Source: Amphiscolops sp. MND2022
Taxonomy: Eukaryota
NCBI GenBank assembly: GCA_964187785.1
Contig: OZ076409.1
Coordinates: 73,286,001 to 73,350,000 of the forward strand
Reading direction: 5' to 3'
Length of the DNA stretch: 64,000 bases
Both the position numbers and the translations under genes were made by a program. Under the pieces are notes generated by a model that saw nothing but the letters and a program-made list of their open reading frames with translations, was not told the DNA's origin and did not search any database. Shown here piece by piece: positions 12,362 through 25,246 of the stretch (position 1 is its first letter; every line of letters starts with the position of its first letter).

Positions 12362-13750
12362 GTGGTTGGGGCGGTCCCCAGAACGCACAAGGAGGCGCGG
12401 GGAGGGTCCTGCGCCGACGTAGAATAATTTCATATAATACTAGTATCCTACATGGGTGTTTTAGAGGCGATTTTGGAATCTAACCGTAGGATTTGGATAA
12501 TTTTTTGCATGCGGCCATAACTAAAAATTCTAAGAACTTTTTCTTACTGTCATTTTCCCCGCAAATTGTTTTTTGTTGACTTATGGCCGAAAAACCGGAA
12601 ATAACGTCCTTTTTAGACGTTATATCCGAAGTGTCGTCATAACTTTTTTCCAGGGCATGCTAGCGTTCTCGTTCACTTTTACACTTAGTTGCAGCATCTC
12701 AAAATACAACTGGTGGAAAATTTTGGTTGCATTCGGATCACCCCCCACCGAGATAGAAGGGTTCCCCCCTCCAGTTTTACCCCCCAAATTTGCAAAATAG
12801 CCAATTTTGAGCATGAAGCCGAGGATTTAGCGTACCCATACCCTCCTGATGTTTTGTTGTACGTATTGGGGTCAATCTGACGACATGTGTGGTTTTCACC
12901 CCCAACCCCCCCTTGGACCGGAAATGACACTTTTTTGTGTTTTTTGGCAGAATTTAGCCTTTTTCATTATTAGGCAGTCGTTTTAGGGACTCCTAGCAGA
13001 ATATCGAAATTGAAATACAACCTGATCACAACCCAGTGACAACATAGTGGCCACTTGGAGGTATCATCATGACCGGAAGTGGGGTCAACCCCCCTTTTTG
13101 TGACCGCTTTTTGACCTTGTGCACCAAAATGCCAACATCTTGAGGCCTAATGAGGCATTCAAATCTGTACCAAGATAAAATGTTAGAAAACCCAAGTCCC
13201 GGAAGATCTTTAGCATATACCGGAAGTTACCCCCCACGACCGGAAGTTACCCAATGTGACCGGAAATGGTCCAAAAATTAATGTAAAGTTGAATTTTTCA
13301 CTATTTCAAGACCACTTAATTGAAACTTTTCAATCTATAAACTAGCGTACTGGCTTGTTTTGCTGAATTTATGGAAATTGATGAGCTCTATCGCCCCCGA
13401 TAGCCTTCGAAGTTGACCTTGCGTCAACTTTGTAGGCTATCGATAAAGAAAAATGAACAACAAAGTACATTGTTGCTCTCGTTTTTTTCCCGTTGTTTTT
13501 CCTCAAACATTCTTGAGACATATACATGGCCGTTAGTTGAAATCAATATTTAGCCCATGTTATAGCTGGAGCAGCGAAGCGTTACACAGACTAGTGTGGT
13601 TTTGAAATCACACTATTTAAATTAACAACTGACCGTCGTAGTCAACTCCACACATTCATACCAACGCCCACCGTCTGTGGGCATGCCGAGGCATGCCCTT
13701 CGACGACGTATGACGAATCCACTCCAACGACACCCGCAGTCCTCAGCTAG
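12362..13750 (+). mobile_element. Singleton unit E (1389 bp)
   Basis: Co-varied left hairpins; body homologous to D; type-1 palindrome at 13398-13442; conserved right end. Confidence 0.75.
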
Positions 13751-16700
13751 GTGGGCGGGGGTAATTCCCCAACTAAAAAATCGGCCGGCGGGTTGGGTCC
13801 TGCCGGCCGTCCAAAATCAAAAATATACTAGTAGAAAACGGCCGGTCAAACGAGCTATTTTTTTATTTAACCGTTAGAATTTGGGTTTAGATTGCATGCG
13901 GCCATGAAATGGCCATACGAATGGAAGTTCCTGCTGACGTTTTGCGATTGAAACACTTTATAAAAAGTTATGGCCAATTTGTCATTCACCTAGAAGGGCA
14001 AAATGAGGAAAATTTTAACAAAGTCGCTAATAACTCAAAATGTGTTATTTTTTGGACTTTGACTGTGAAACAAGCTTGGAACCTTCATTTCGTGGCTGTG
14101 GCATTGCACTGAACGCAAAAGATGTAAAGTTTTTACATTTTTTGAAAATTTGACATTTTTGAAATTTTTTTCACTACTATCAGTACCATATATGTCAAAA
14201 ACACCTCAGAAAAAAATTTTATTTGCTTTAACTTGGAAACCTTGGTATCCATGGTTTCTGTCGGAACCTACTCGCAACCAAACAACCAACAGTTTGCATC
14301 CAATGTGAAAATAAAAAATTTTTCTGGGTCATAAGCGTTTCACAAGGATTTCTCAACTTAGTATTTATTTACAAAATGGTCATTTTGAACACAATATTTT
14401 CATCGAGGCTTGTCGGCTATAGCCTTAATGTTCTAGAACGGTCCCACTGGCAACGTAGGAACCATTTATAGTAATAGAAAGTTTAAAAAATATATTTTCA
14501 CCCTGTCTTCAGTCATTTTTCAGTCATTCGGAACTTAACTTAGAAAAATTTCGACCAAAATACCCATTTTTTGACAGATCGAAAATTCAAATTCAACTTT
14601 TTAAGCAAAATTAGTAACTCTGACGTAACCAGTGGGGCTCATGATACTCAAAAACACGATTGGGACTGGTACCAATGGCTCCAATATCATATGAGCCGCG
14701 ATAAGACGTTATTTTGAGCAATACGTCTCAATTGAGGGAAACATCTCGCAAGCCTGGGATCACAGTTAAAAGTGATTTCGTCAAAAATTTACTCTTTTTC
14801 GTCAATCACTATGTACACAGAGTGCGTAGGGTGAGTTTCAGCACTATAATGCGGTTTTTGAAGGAATCGGTCTGCTCAAGGGGTGGTATGAGACATTTTT
14901 TTTGCATGTAGTACTATATTTCTCAAAACTTTTAGCCCAATATCTCGAAAAGCTCACTTCGCAAATTACTTTCAGTTACTCTATTCGAAGCTTAGAATAT
15001 ATATGAACACTGTGGTTGATCAGAAACTCTTGACTATTTTGTTTTTGGAAAAAAACTGCCTTGCATGTGTTACATTAGTGGCAGGAAAAATACCAGTAGC
15101 TCCAAAAATCACAATTTTGGACGGACAGACCTGCAATGATGCAAAGCAAAAACGTTTCAACAACTTCTGGCGCCACTTTTTTTACCCAAGAGGTTCGAAA
15201 TTACTATTAACAATGCTGACATTCGCTATAAATAAGATCGAGGTCAATTTACTAACACTTAGGTTATACATTTATATCTGAGAAACCATTCTTTGTCAGG
15301 TCGCTATTTTAAATTTAGTTTGGGAAGCAATACTTTTCACTCTGAAGCAAACCGTTGGGCCCAAATTACTCAAAAACTACAAAAAGACTGTCACCATATG
15401 CCCTAATAGCATATGAGATTCGACCGTATGTTTTTAACACAAAAACTCTCATCCGAAGTAAACATGTTGAAAGCCTTGAATCACCGTGAGAAATGATTTC
15501 ATCAAAAAATATTCCTTTTTCGTCAATCTTTATCTACACAGAACACGTTGTGTCATTTTCAGCCGTGAAATGAGCTTCTACCGTAATATGGGTTGCTCAA
15601 GGTGTTGTATAAGACAAAAACTTCCTCTTTTCTACTATCTTCTTCAAATATTTCAACCCTTTGTCACAAGAAGTTAATATTCAAAATCTCTTTGAAATGT
15701 TTCTTTAGGTTGGGGTGAAGTGTTAGAACAATAATTATGATCGAAGAATGATAGTATTGGTGTTTGGACCATGTCCGGATGAACAAATTGCAAAATCATG
15801 AAAAATTTCTTACCATTTTTGGTCAGTTTGTCAGTACTAAAAATGTTAGCTGAAAAAGAATTTTTTTGATGGCACCATTGGATTCCTCTCAAAAAGTTAG
15901 CTATATGAACTGTGTAATAACCCCGTATCTTTTCAATTTAAATAATTTTAAAAAGCAAACTTTTTTGACTAAAATCCTAAAAATCATACCATTTCCTAAA
16001 AAATTTCAAATGCCCCCCATTTGACGTATAAGAATAGCACAGAAAACTATCACATACCGATCGACTCTACTTCCATTGTAGATTACCAGAATTTTGTTTA
16101 GAACAATTTTTGACGGATGCAAAAAAAATTTAAACCCTCCAAAAAAGAGCAAAAATTACACGAAAAAATTGACCTTAAAATTTTAAAATGTCGAAAAATC
16201 ATCAAAACCACAGCTTCTTGGGGTTCTATCAACTCCACGTGGTCCACAGAGTTTGTTAAAACAAGTTTTACCCGTATTTGAGCAATATGTGAAAAAGCCG
16301 ACTTTTTTGGGAATGAAAAACATACCATTTCCTAAAAAATTTCAAACGCACCCCATTTGACGTATAAGAATAGCACAGAAAACTATCACATACCGATCGA
16401 CTCTACTTCCATTGTAGGTTACCAGAATCTTGTTTAGAACAATTGTTGACGGATGCAAAAAAAAAATTAAACCCTCCAAAAATGGGCCAAAATTACACGA
16501 AAAAATTGACCTTAAATTTTTAAAATGTCAAAAAATCATCAAAACCACAGCTTCTTGGGGTTCTATCAACTCCACGTGGTCCACAGAGTATGCTAAAACA
16601 GGTTTTACATGTTTCTGAGCTATATGTGAAAAAACCGACATTTTGGGGAAGAAAAACATACCATTTCTTAAAAAATTTCAAATGCACGCCATTTGCCGTA

Positions 16701-18513
16701 TGAGAATAGCACAGAAAACTATCACATACCGATCAACTCTACTTCTATTGTAGATTATCAGATTTTTGTTTAGAACAAATTTTTATGGATATAAAAAATT
16801 TTTAAACCCTCCAAAAATGAGCCAAAATAACACGAAAAAATGGACCCTAAGTTTTTAAAATGTCAAAAAATTATCCAAACCACAGCTTCTTGGGGTTCTA
16901 TCAGCTCCACGTGGTCCACAGAGTATGCTAAAACAGGTTTTGCCCGTTTTTGAGCAGTATATGAAAAAGCCGACATTTTTGGGGAAGAAAAACATACCAT
17001 TTCCTAAATAATTTCAAATGCAGGCAATTTGCCGTATGAGAGTAGCACAGAAAACTATCACACACCGATCAACTCTACTTCTTTTGTAGATTATCAGAAT
17101 TATGTTTAGAGTAAAGTTTTATGGATATGAAAAATTTTTATACCCTCCAAAAATGGGCCAAAATGACACGAAAAAATTGACCTCAAATTTTTAAAATGTC
17201 AAAAAATTATCCAAACCACAGCGTCTTGGCGTTCTATCAACTCCAAATGACCTTCAGAGTATACCAAACCACGTATTGCCAATCTTTTGAGCAATATTTA
17301 AAAACACCGACTATTTGGCAAGAACACCATAATATGTTCCATATAAGAAGTGAATCATTCCACATATATACCCGGTCTAATATTTCCAAATTAGCGATAA
17401 CATTTATACATGATGGTTTTTGAAAGTGAGCTTCATAAGAGGTTGAGATGTAATAATACGTAAATGGACCCTAAGTTTCATTGAAATCTCAATGGAATAC
17501 GTCCAATCAACTTCAATCCTAACTATTATATAACAAAAAACACTTGAGTACATTCCATCTCCCCATCGGGGGAGATGAGAATGTACTTTTCAAAAGCCAA
17601 AAACTTCGAATTTTAAATCTTTTGTAACATTGTATGTAACTGTTGAAACGATGAACGAATGAAAATGCTTCTAGTACCTTCATCAATTTTTGCTTCAGCT
17701 CCTATTTCTGCAGAACAAAACCAAAAGACACACTTACAGCAGTTAAGTTCGATTGTATAACTCAGTGAGTAAAGGTATGACTGAGGAAGTTCACAAGTTG
17801 TTTCAAAAGTTTCCGGCCTTCCAAAATCATGAAACGTCCACACAACCAAGATAGCAAGTGAAAGAATGCTGAATGCACCTTATTAGATGAGATAAATAAT
17901 GTGTGGAACTTGCCATTATCTCAAGATGACGTTGATTTATGATCTTTTAAGGATAGTTCGATATGTGACCACAATAGTGGAAAACTTATTACTATTTGAA
18001 GAACACCGTGGAAAGCGTTCAGAAAGGACAGTATATTTGTTTCGAGCATGCATGCGTGTGTTCCTTTGGTGACGTTAGCTTAGTGTACATGACGGAGGTA
18101 TTCGAGAGATTATGATAGAGTTTACTCACAAGTCTTTGTTTTTTTAAACTTTCTATGCCGTTGAGTACATTCGTAAGGTACATCCATCCCCTTCTCTGGG
18201 AATGTACGTTTGCCAAATGACTGTCATCCAAAATTCGTAATCCGGACGAGTTTAACTACATAAACATGTGATGAGCGTTTTCAATTCACAACCGAATAAC
18301 ATTTTTTTTCTCGAAAATGATGATGGTTTTGATTTTGATGTCTTCTACTTTTATCATCATGCAAACGACCTTACCATGTCTCTCTTCTGTCGTCATTTGT
18401 ACAACGCCACATAGCGTTCCGACGCCCACCGTCTGTGGGCATGCCGAGGCATGCCCTTCGACGACGTATGCCAAATGAGCCATACCCGCACTCTGGAGTG
18501 CGGTAGCGGCTAG
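13751..18513 (+). mobile_element. Family B unit, subtype B1 (4763 bp)
   Basis: First ~1.3 kb homologous to family A, then an internal duplication, a 4x336-bp array and a type-2 palindrome at 17547-17587. Confidence 0.8.
15985..17330 (+). repeat. Internal tandem repeat, 4 x ~336 bp
   Basis: cataccatttc.taaa recurs at 15985, 16321, 16657, 16993. Confidence 0.9.
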
Positions 18514-20496
18514 GTGGGCGGGGGTAATTCCCCAACAAAAATTACGGCCGGCGGGTTGGGTCCTGCCGGACGTCAAATAGCAAAGAATATCTAGTAGGAA
18601 ACGGCGACACAGAATCGCGATTTTTAAATCTAACCACAATTTTTTGGACTTGGAGTGCATGCGGCCCTGAAATGCCCATACGAATCGAAGTTCCTGCTGA
18701 CATTAAGCGATTGAAATAATATATAAAAAGTTATGGCCCATTTTTCACTCACAAAGAAGGGTAAAATGAGGAAATTTTTAACAAAGTCGCTGATAACTCA
18801 AAATGTGTTAATTTTTGGACATTGACTGTGAAACAAGCTCGGAACCTTCATTTCGTGGCTGTGGCATTGCACTGAACACAAAAGATGTAAAGTTTTTACA
18901 TTTTTTGAAAATTCGAAATTTTTGAAATTTTTTTCACTACTATCAGTACCCCATATGTCAAAAACGCCTCAGAAAAAATTTTTTATTTGCTTTAAATTGG
19001 AAACCTTGGTATCCATGGTTTCTGTCGGATCCTACTCGCAGTCAAACACCCAACAGTTTGCATCCAATGTGGAAATAAAAATTTTTTCGGGGTCATTAGC
19101 GTTTCACAAGGATTTCTCAACTTAGTTTCAATTTACAAATTGGTCACATTGAACACATTATTTTCATCGAAGCGCGTCAGATACCGCCCTAAAGCACACG
19201 AACGGTCCTACTGGCAACGTAGCAACCATTTATAGTATTATAAAAGATTAAAAAATTTTTTCACCCGGTCTTCAGTCATTTTTCAGTCATTCGGAACTTA
19301 ACTTAGAAAAATTTCGACCAAAATACCCATTTTTTGTCAGGTCGAAAAATCGAATTCAGATTTTTAAGCAAAATTATTAACTCTGACGTAACTCATGGGG
19401 CCCATGATACTCAAAACAACGATTGACACTGGTATCAATGGCTCCAATAACATATGAGTTGCGATCGGACGTTATTTTGAGCAATACGTCTCAATTGAGG
19501 TAAAGATCTCGCAAGCCAGCGATCACTGTCAAATGTGATTTCATCAAAAATTTACTCATTTTTGTCAATCATTATGTGCACAGAATGCGTAGGGTGCGTT
19601 TCAGCAGTATAATGAGATTTTTGAATGCATCGAGTTGCTCAAGGGGTGGTACGAGACATTTTTGTCCCATATACTACTGTATTTTCCAACATTTTTAGCC
19701 CAATATCTGGAAATACAAACTTGACAAAATACTTTCAACTACTTTATTCAAAGGTTACAATATAGATGAACACTGTGGTTGATCAGAAACTTTCATCTCT
19801 TTCGTTTTCCGAAATATTTTCCTTCGCATGTGTTATATTTGTATCAGAAAAAAAATCGAAACTGAAAAATACGCTATTTTGCTAATATAGAATCGCAATG
19901 ATTGTGCCTAAAAACTCTTTAAACACTTCTAACGCGACCTTACGCACCCAAACTGATCGAAAATGCTATTCACAATGGTGACATGTGCTCTTTCAACGAT
20001 CCTGGCTGGACAAGGTTTGCATATTTTTCAAGTACCTGTCAGCTGAATCTTGTGATAGCCTTTTAAGTTGGCCTTGTGTCAACTTGGGAAGGCTATCACA
20101 TCAAACAACCATCAACAAAAAAATTTTTGTTTATTGGATATTACAGTTGATACCTTATTTCGTGATTCTATACTACCGTTAGTATATTCCATGAGGTCAC
20201 CTTACGATTGCATTCAGACTTTGATGAAATCCTATGAACTCAAAGTCACATTTATATATTTTTTGCCCAAAAAAATCATCAAAAACATCTAATATATATA
20301 AAATTGAGTCTTTAACTTTTTTACGTTTCAAGTTTCTGCCGTTATTAGGCCAATCAACTTCCTACAGCCACGCTCTCTGTCATACTGTACAACGCCACAT
20401 AGTGTTGCGACGTGCACGGTCTGTGGGCATGCCGAGGCATGCCCTTCGACGACGTATGCCGAATACCGCGGGCCTACGCCCGCGCTCCCCGGCTAG
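18514..20496 (+). mobile_element. Family A unit (1983 bp)
   Basis: Bounded by cores; same subtype as 8195-10177. Confidence 0.8.
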
Positions 20497-22730
20497 GTGG
20501 GCGGGGGTAATTCCCCAACTAAAAATTCGGCCGGCGGGTCGGGTCCTGCCGGCCGTCCAAAATCAAAATCCTACTAGTAGAAAACGGCATGTCAAACGAG
20601 CTATTTTTTTATTTAACCGTTAGAATTTGGGTTTAGATTGCATGCGGCCATGAAATGGCCATACGAATTGAAGTTCCTGCTGACGTTTTGCGATTGAAAC
20701 ACTTTATAAAAAGTTATGGCCAATTTGTCAGTCACCTAGAAGGGCAAAATGAGGAAAATTTTAACAAAGTCGCTGATATCTCAAAATGTGTTAATTTTTG
20801 GACTTTGACTGTGAAACAAGCTTGGAACCTTCATTTCGTGGCTGTGGCATTGCACTGAACACAAAAGCTGTAAAGTTTTCACATTTTTTGAAAATTCGAC
20901 ATTTTTGAAATTTCTTTCACTACCATCAGTACCCCATATGTCAAAAACACCTCAGAAAAAAATTTTTATTTGCTTTAAATTGGAAACCTTGGTATCCATG
21001 GTTTCTGTCGGAACCTACTCGCAGCCAAACACCCAACAGTTTGCATCCAATGTGAAATAAAAAAATTTTTCGAGGTCATAAGCGTTTCACAAGGTTTTCA
21101 TGATTTAGTATTAAATTACATAGTGGTCATTTTAAACATAAAATTTTGGTCCAGGCATGTCGGATATAGTCTGAATGCTCACGAACGGTCCTACTGGCAA
21201 CGTATGAACCATTTATAGTAATAAAAAGTATTAAAAAAATTTTTTCACCCGGTCTTCAGTCATTTTTCAGACATTCGGAACTTAACTTAGAAAATTTTCG
21301 AACCAAATACCCATTTTTTGTCAGGTCGAAAATTGAAATTCAGCTAATAAAGCAAAATTTTTTACTCTGACGTAACCAGTGGGGTCCATGATACTCAAAA
21401 ATACGATTGGGACTGGTACCAATGGCTCCTATATCATATGAGCCGCGATAAGATGTTATTTCGAGCAATACGTCTCAATTGAGGTAAACATCTCGCAAGC
21501 CTGGGATCACAGTGAATTGTAATTTTATCAAAATTTTACTCATTTTTGTCAATCACTATGTGCACAGAGTGCGTAGGGGGAGTTGTAGCACTATAATGAG
21601 GTTTTTGAAGGCATCGGGTTGCTCAAGGGGTGGTATGAGACATTTTTTTCCTATATACTACTGTATTTTCCAAAACTTTTAGCCCATTATCTGCAAAAAC
21701 TAACTTGACAAAATACTTTGAGTTACTCTACTCAAAGCTTAGAACATAGATGAACACTGTGGTTGATCAGAAACTATTTACTATTTTGTTTTTAGAAAAA
21801 ACTGCCTTGCATGTGTTACACTAGTGGCAGGAAAAATACCAGTAGCTCCAAAAATCACAAATTTGGACGGACAGACTTGCAATGATGCAAAGCAAAAACG
21901 TTTCAACAACTTCTGACGCCACTTCTTTTACCCAAGAGGTTCGAAAACGCCATTAACAAGGCTGACATTCGCAATAAATAAGATCGAGGTCCATTTACTA
22001 ACACTTAGGTTTCAAATTTGTTTCTGAGAAACCCGTTTTTGTCAGGTCGCAATTTCAAATTTAATTTGGGAAGCAAAATTTTTCACTCTGAAGCAAACCG
22101 CTGGGCCCAAATTACTCAAAAACAACAAAAAGACTATCACCATATGCTCTAATAACATATGAGATGCGACAGTATGCTTTTAACACAAAAACTCTCATCC
22201 GAAGTAAACATGTTGAAAGCCTTGAATCACCGTGAGAAGTGATTTCATCAAAAAATATTTCTTTTTCGTCAATCACTATATACACAAAACCCGTTGTGTT
22301 AGTTTCAGCCGTGAAATGAGGTTCTACCGTAATATGGGTTGCTCAAGGTGTTGTATAAGAGAAAATCGTCCTCTTTTCTACTAACTTCTTCAAATATTTC
22401 GACCCTTTGTCACACGAAGTTAAAATTCAAAATCTCTTTGAATTGTTTCTTTAGGTTGGGATGAAGTGGTAGAACAATAACTTTGATCCAAGAATGCTAG
22501 TATTGGTGTTTGGACCATGTTTGGATGAACAAATCGCAAAATCATGAAAAATTTGTTTCTTTTTTTGGTTATTTTGGCAGTACTAAAAATGTTAGCTGAC
22601 AAATAATTTTTTCGATAGCACCATTGGATTCCGCTCAAAAAGTTGGTTATATGACATGTGTAATAACGCCGTATCTTTTCAATTTAAATATATTTAAAAA
22701 GCCAACTTTTTTGACCAAAATCCTAAAAAT

Positions 22731-24075
22731 CATACCATTTCCTAAAAAATTTCAAATGCACCCCATTTGACGTATAACAATAGCACAGAAAACTATCATA
22801 TACCGATCAACTCTACTCTCATTGTGGATTATTAGCATTTTGTTTTGAACGAATTTTGATGGATATTAAAAAATTTTGAACCCTCCAAATATGGGCCAAA
22901 ATTACACGAAAAAATTGACCTTAAAATTTTAAAATGTCAAAAAATCATCAAAACTACAGCTTCTTGGGGTTCTATCAACTCCACGTGGTCCACAGAGTAC
23001 GCTAAAACAGGTTTTACCCGTTTTTGAGCAATATGTGAAAAAGCCGACATTTTTGGGAAAGAAAAACATCCCATTTCCTAAAAAAATTCAATTGCACGCC
23101 ATTTGCCGTATGAGAATAGCACGGAAAACTATCACATACCGATCAACTCTACTTTTATTGTAGATGATTAAAAATTAGTTTAAAACAAATTTTGACGGAT
23201 ATTAAAAAATTTTAAACCCTTAAAAAATGGGCCAAAATTACACGAAAAAATTGACCTTAAAATTTTAAAATGTCACAAAATCATCAAAACCACAGCTTCT
23301 TGGGGTTCTATCAACTCCACGTGGTCCACAGAGTACGCTAAAACAGGTTTTACCCGTTTTTGAGCAATATGTGAAAAAGCCGACATTTTTGGGGAAGAAA
23401 AAATAGGCATTTCCTAAAAAAATCAAATGCACGCCATTTGCCGTATAAGAATAGCACAGAAAACTATCATATACCGATCAACTCTACTCCCATTGTAGAT
23501 TATTAGAATTTTATTTTGAATGATTTTTGATGGTTATTAAAAAATTTTGAGCCCCCCAAAAGCGGGCCAAAATTACACGAAAAAATTGACCTTAAAATTT
23601 TAAAATGTCAAATAATCATCGAAACCACAGCTTCTTGGGGTTCTATCCACTCCACATGGCCCACAGAGTATGCCAAACCAGGTTTTGCGCGTTTTTGAGC
23701 AATATTTGAGAAAGCCGAGTTTTTTGGGGAAGAAAAACATAACATTTCCTAATAAAATTCAAATGCACGCCATTTGGCGTATGACAATAGCACAGAAAAC
23801 TATCACATACTAATCAACTCTACTCTCTTTGTAGATCACCAGAGTTTTGCTTAGAATAAATTTTGATGAATATTTGTAAATTTTAAACCCTCCTAATATG
23901 GGCCAAAATCACACGGAAAAATTGACCGTAAGGTATTAAAATGTCAGAAATTCATCAAAACCACAGCTTCTTGGGGTTCTATCATTTCTATATGACTTTC
24001 AGAGTATACCAAACAAGGTATTAACATTGGGCGATAATTAAAAACACCAATTTTATTTTAGAAGAAAACCATAAT
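22731..24075 (+). repeat. Internal tandem repeat, 4 x ~336 bp
   Basis: Unit starts near 22731, 23067, 23403, 23738. Confidence 0.9.
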
Positions 24076-24458
24076 AAGTTCAATATAAGAAGTGAATCAT
24101 TCCATATATATACCCTGTCTTATATTTTAAATTAGCGATAATATATATACTTGATGTTTTTTGAAAGTGAGCTTCATAAGTGGTTGAGATGTGATAATAC
24201 GTAAATGGATTCCAAGTTTCATCGAAATGTCAATGGAATACGTCCAATCAACTTCAATCTTAACAATTAGATAACAAAAAACCTAAGTACATTCCATCTC
24301 CCCATCGGGGAGATGAGAATGTACTTTTCAAAAACCAAAAACTTAGATGTTTTTTTTTTGTAACACTTACTGTAACTGCTGAAATGATGAAAGAATAATT
24401 ATGCTTCTAATAACTCCATGATTTTTTGCTTCAGCATTTTTTTTGCAGAACAAAACCA

Positions 24459-24782
24459 TCAGACATATTTTTCGCAGTTAAGTTCGATCGTATTACCCAG
24501 TGAACAAAGGTATGGAAGGATGTTTACAAGTTGTTTCAAAACTTTCCCGCCTTCCAAAATAATGAAACGTCTACACAACCAAGATAGCAAATGAATGAAT
24601 GCGGAATGCATCTTATTAGATAAGATAAATAACGTGTAGAACTTACCTTTATCTGAAGTTGACGTTGATTTATGATCTTTAGAGGATAGTTTGATTTTTG
24701 ACCATAATAGTGGGAAACTAATTATTATATGAATGATGGCGTGGAAAGCGTTCAGAAATTGTAGTATTTTGGATTCGAGCAT
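24459..24782 (-). pseudogene. Possible small ORF or coding remnant in the family B right arm (unknown product)
   Basis: Open in B2 (107 aa, also 41914-42237) and B3 (118 aa, 31177-31533). The same frame in B1 has a stop and a frameshift. B1/B2 substitutions are depleted at codon position 2. No recognisable domain. Confidence 0.25.
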
Positions 24783-25246
24783 GTATGCGTGGGTTCCTTT
24801 GGTGGCGTTAGCTTAGTGTACATGATGGAAGTTTTCGATCTGTTATGATTAATTTTACTCACGAGTCTTTGTTTTTCCTATTTTTTTGCCATTAAGTACA
24901 TTCATTCTATCCCCTTTTCTGAGAATGTACGTTTGTCAAATGACTGTCATCCAAATTTTGCATTCCCGAAGAGTTTAAATACATAACACGTGTTTAGCGT
25001 TTCCAAATCACAACCGAGTAACATTCTATTTTTTTTTCTCAAAATTGATAATGGTTTTGATTTTGGTGTCTTCTACTTTCATCATCCATCATAACAACCA
25101 CCTTACCATGTCTCTCGCTTGTCTTCATTTTACAACGCCACATAGTGTAGCGACGCCCACAGTCTGTGGGCATGCCGAGGCATGCCCTTCGACGACGTAT
25201 GCCAAATTTAGCGTTAGCCCGCGGTCACTACCGCGGTAGCAGCTAG

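Larger units (their letters stand above)
20497..25246 (+). mobile_element. Family B unit, subtype B2 (4750 bp)
   Basis: Bounded by cores; near-identical to 37953-42701. Confidence 0.8.
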
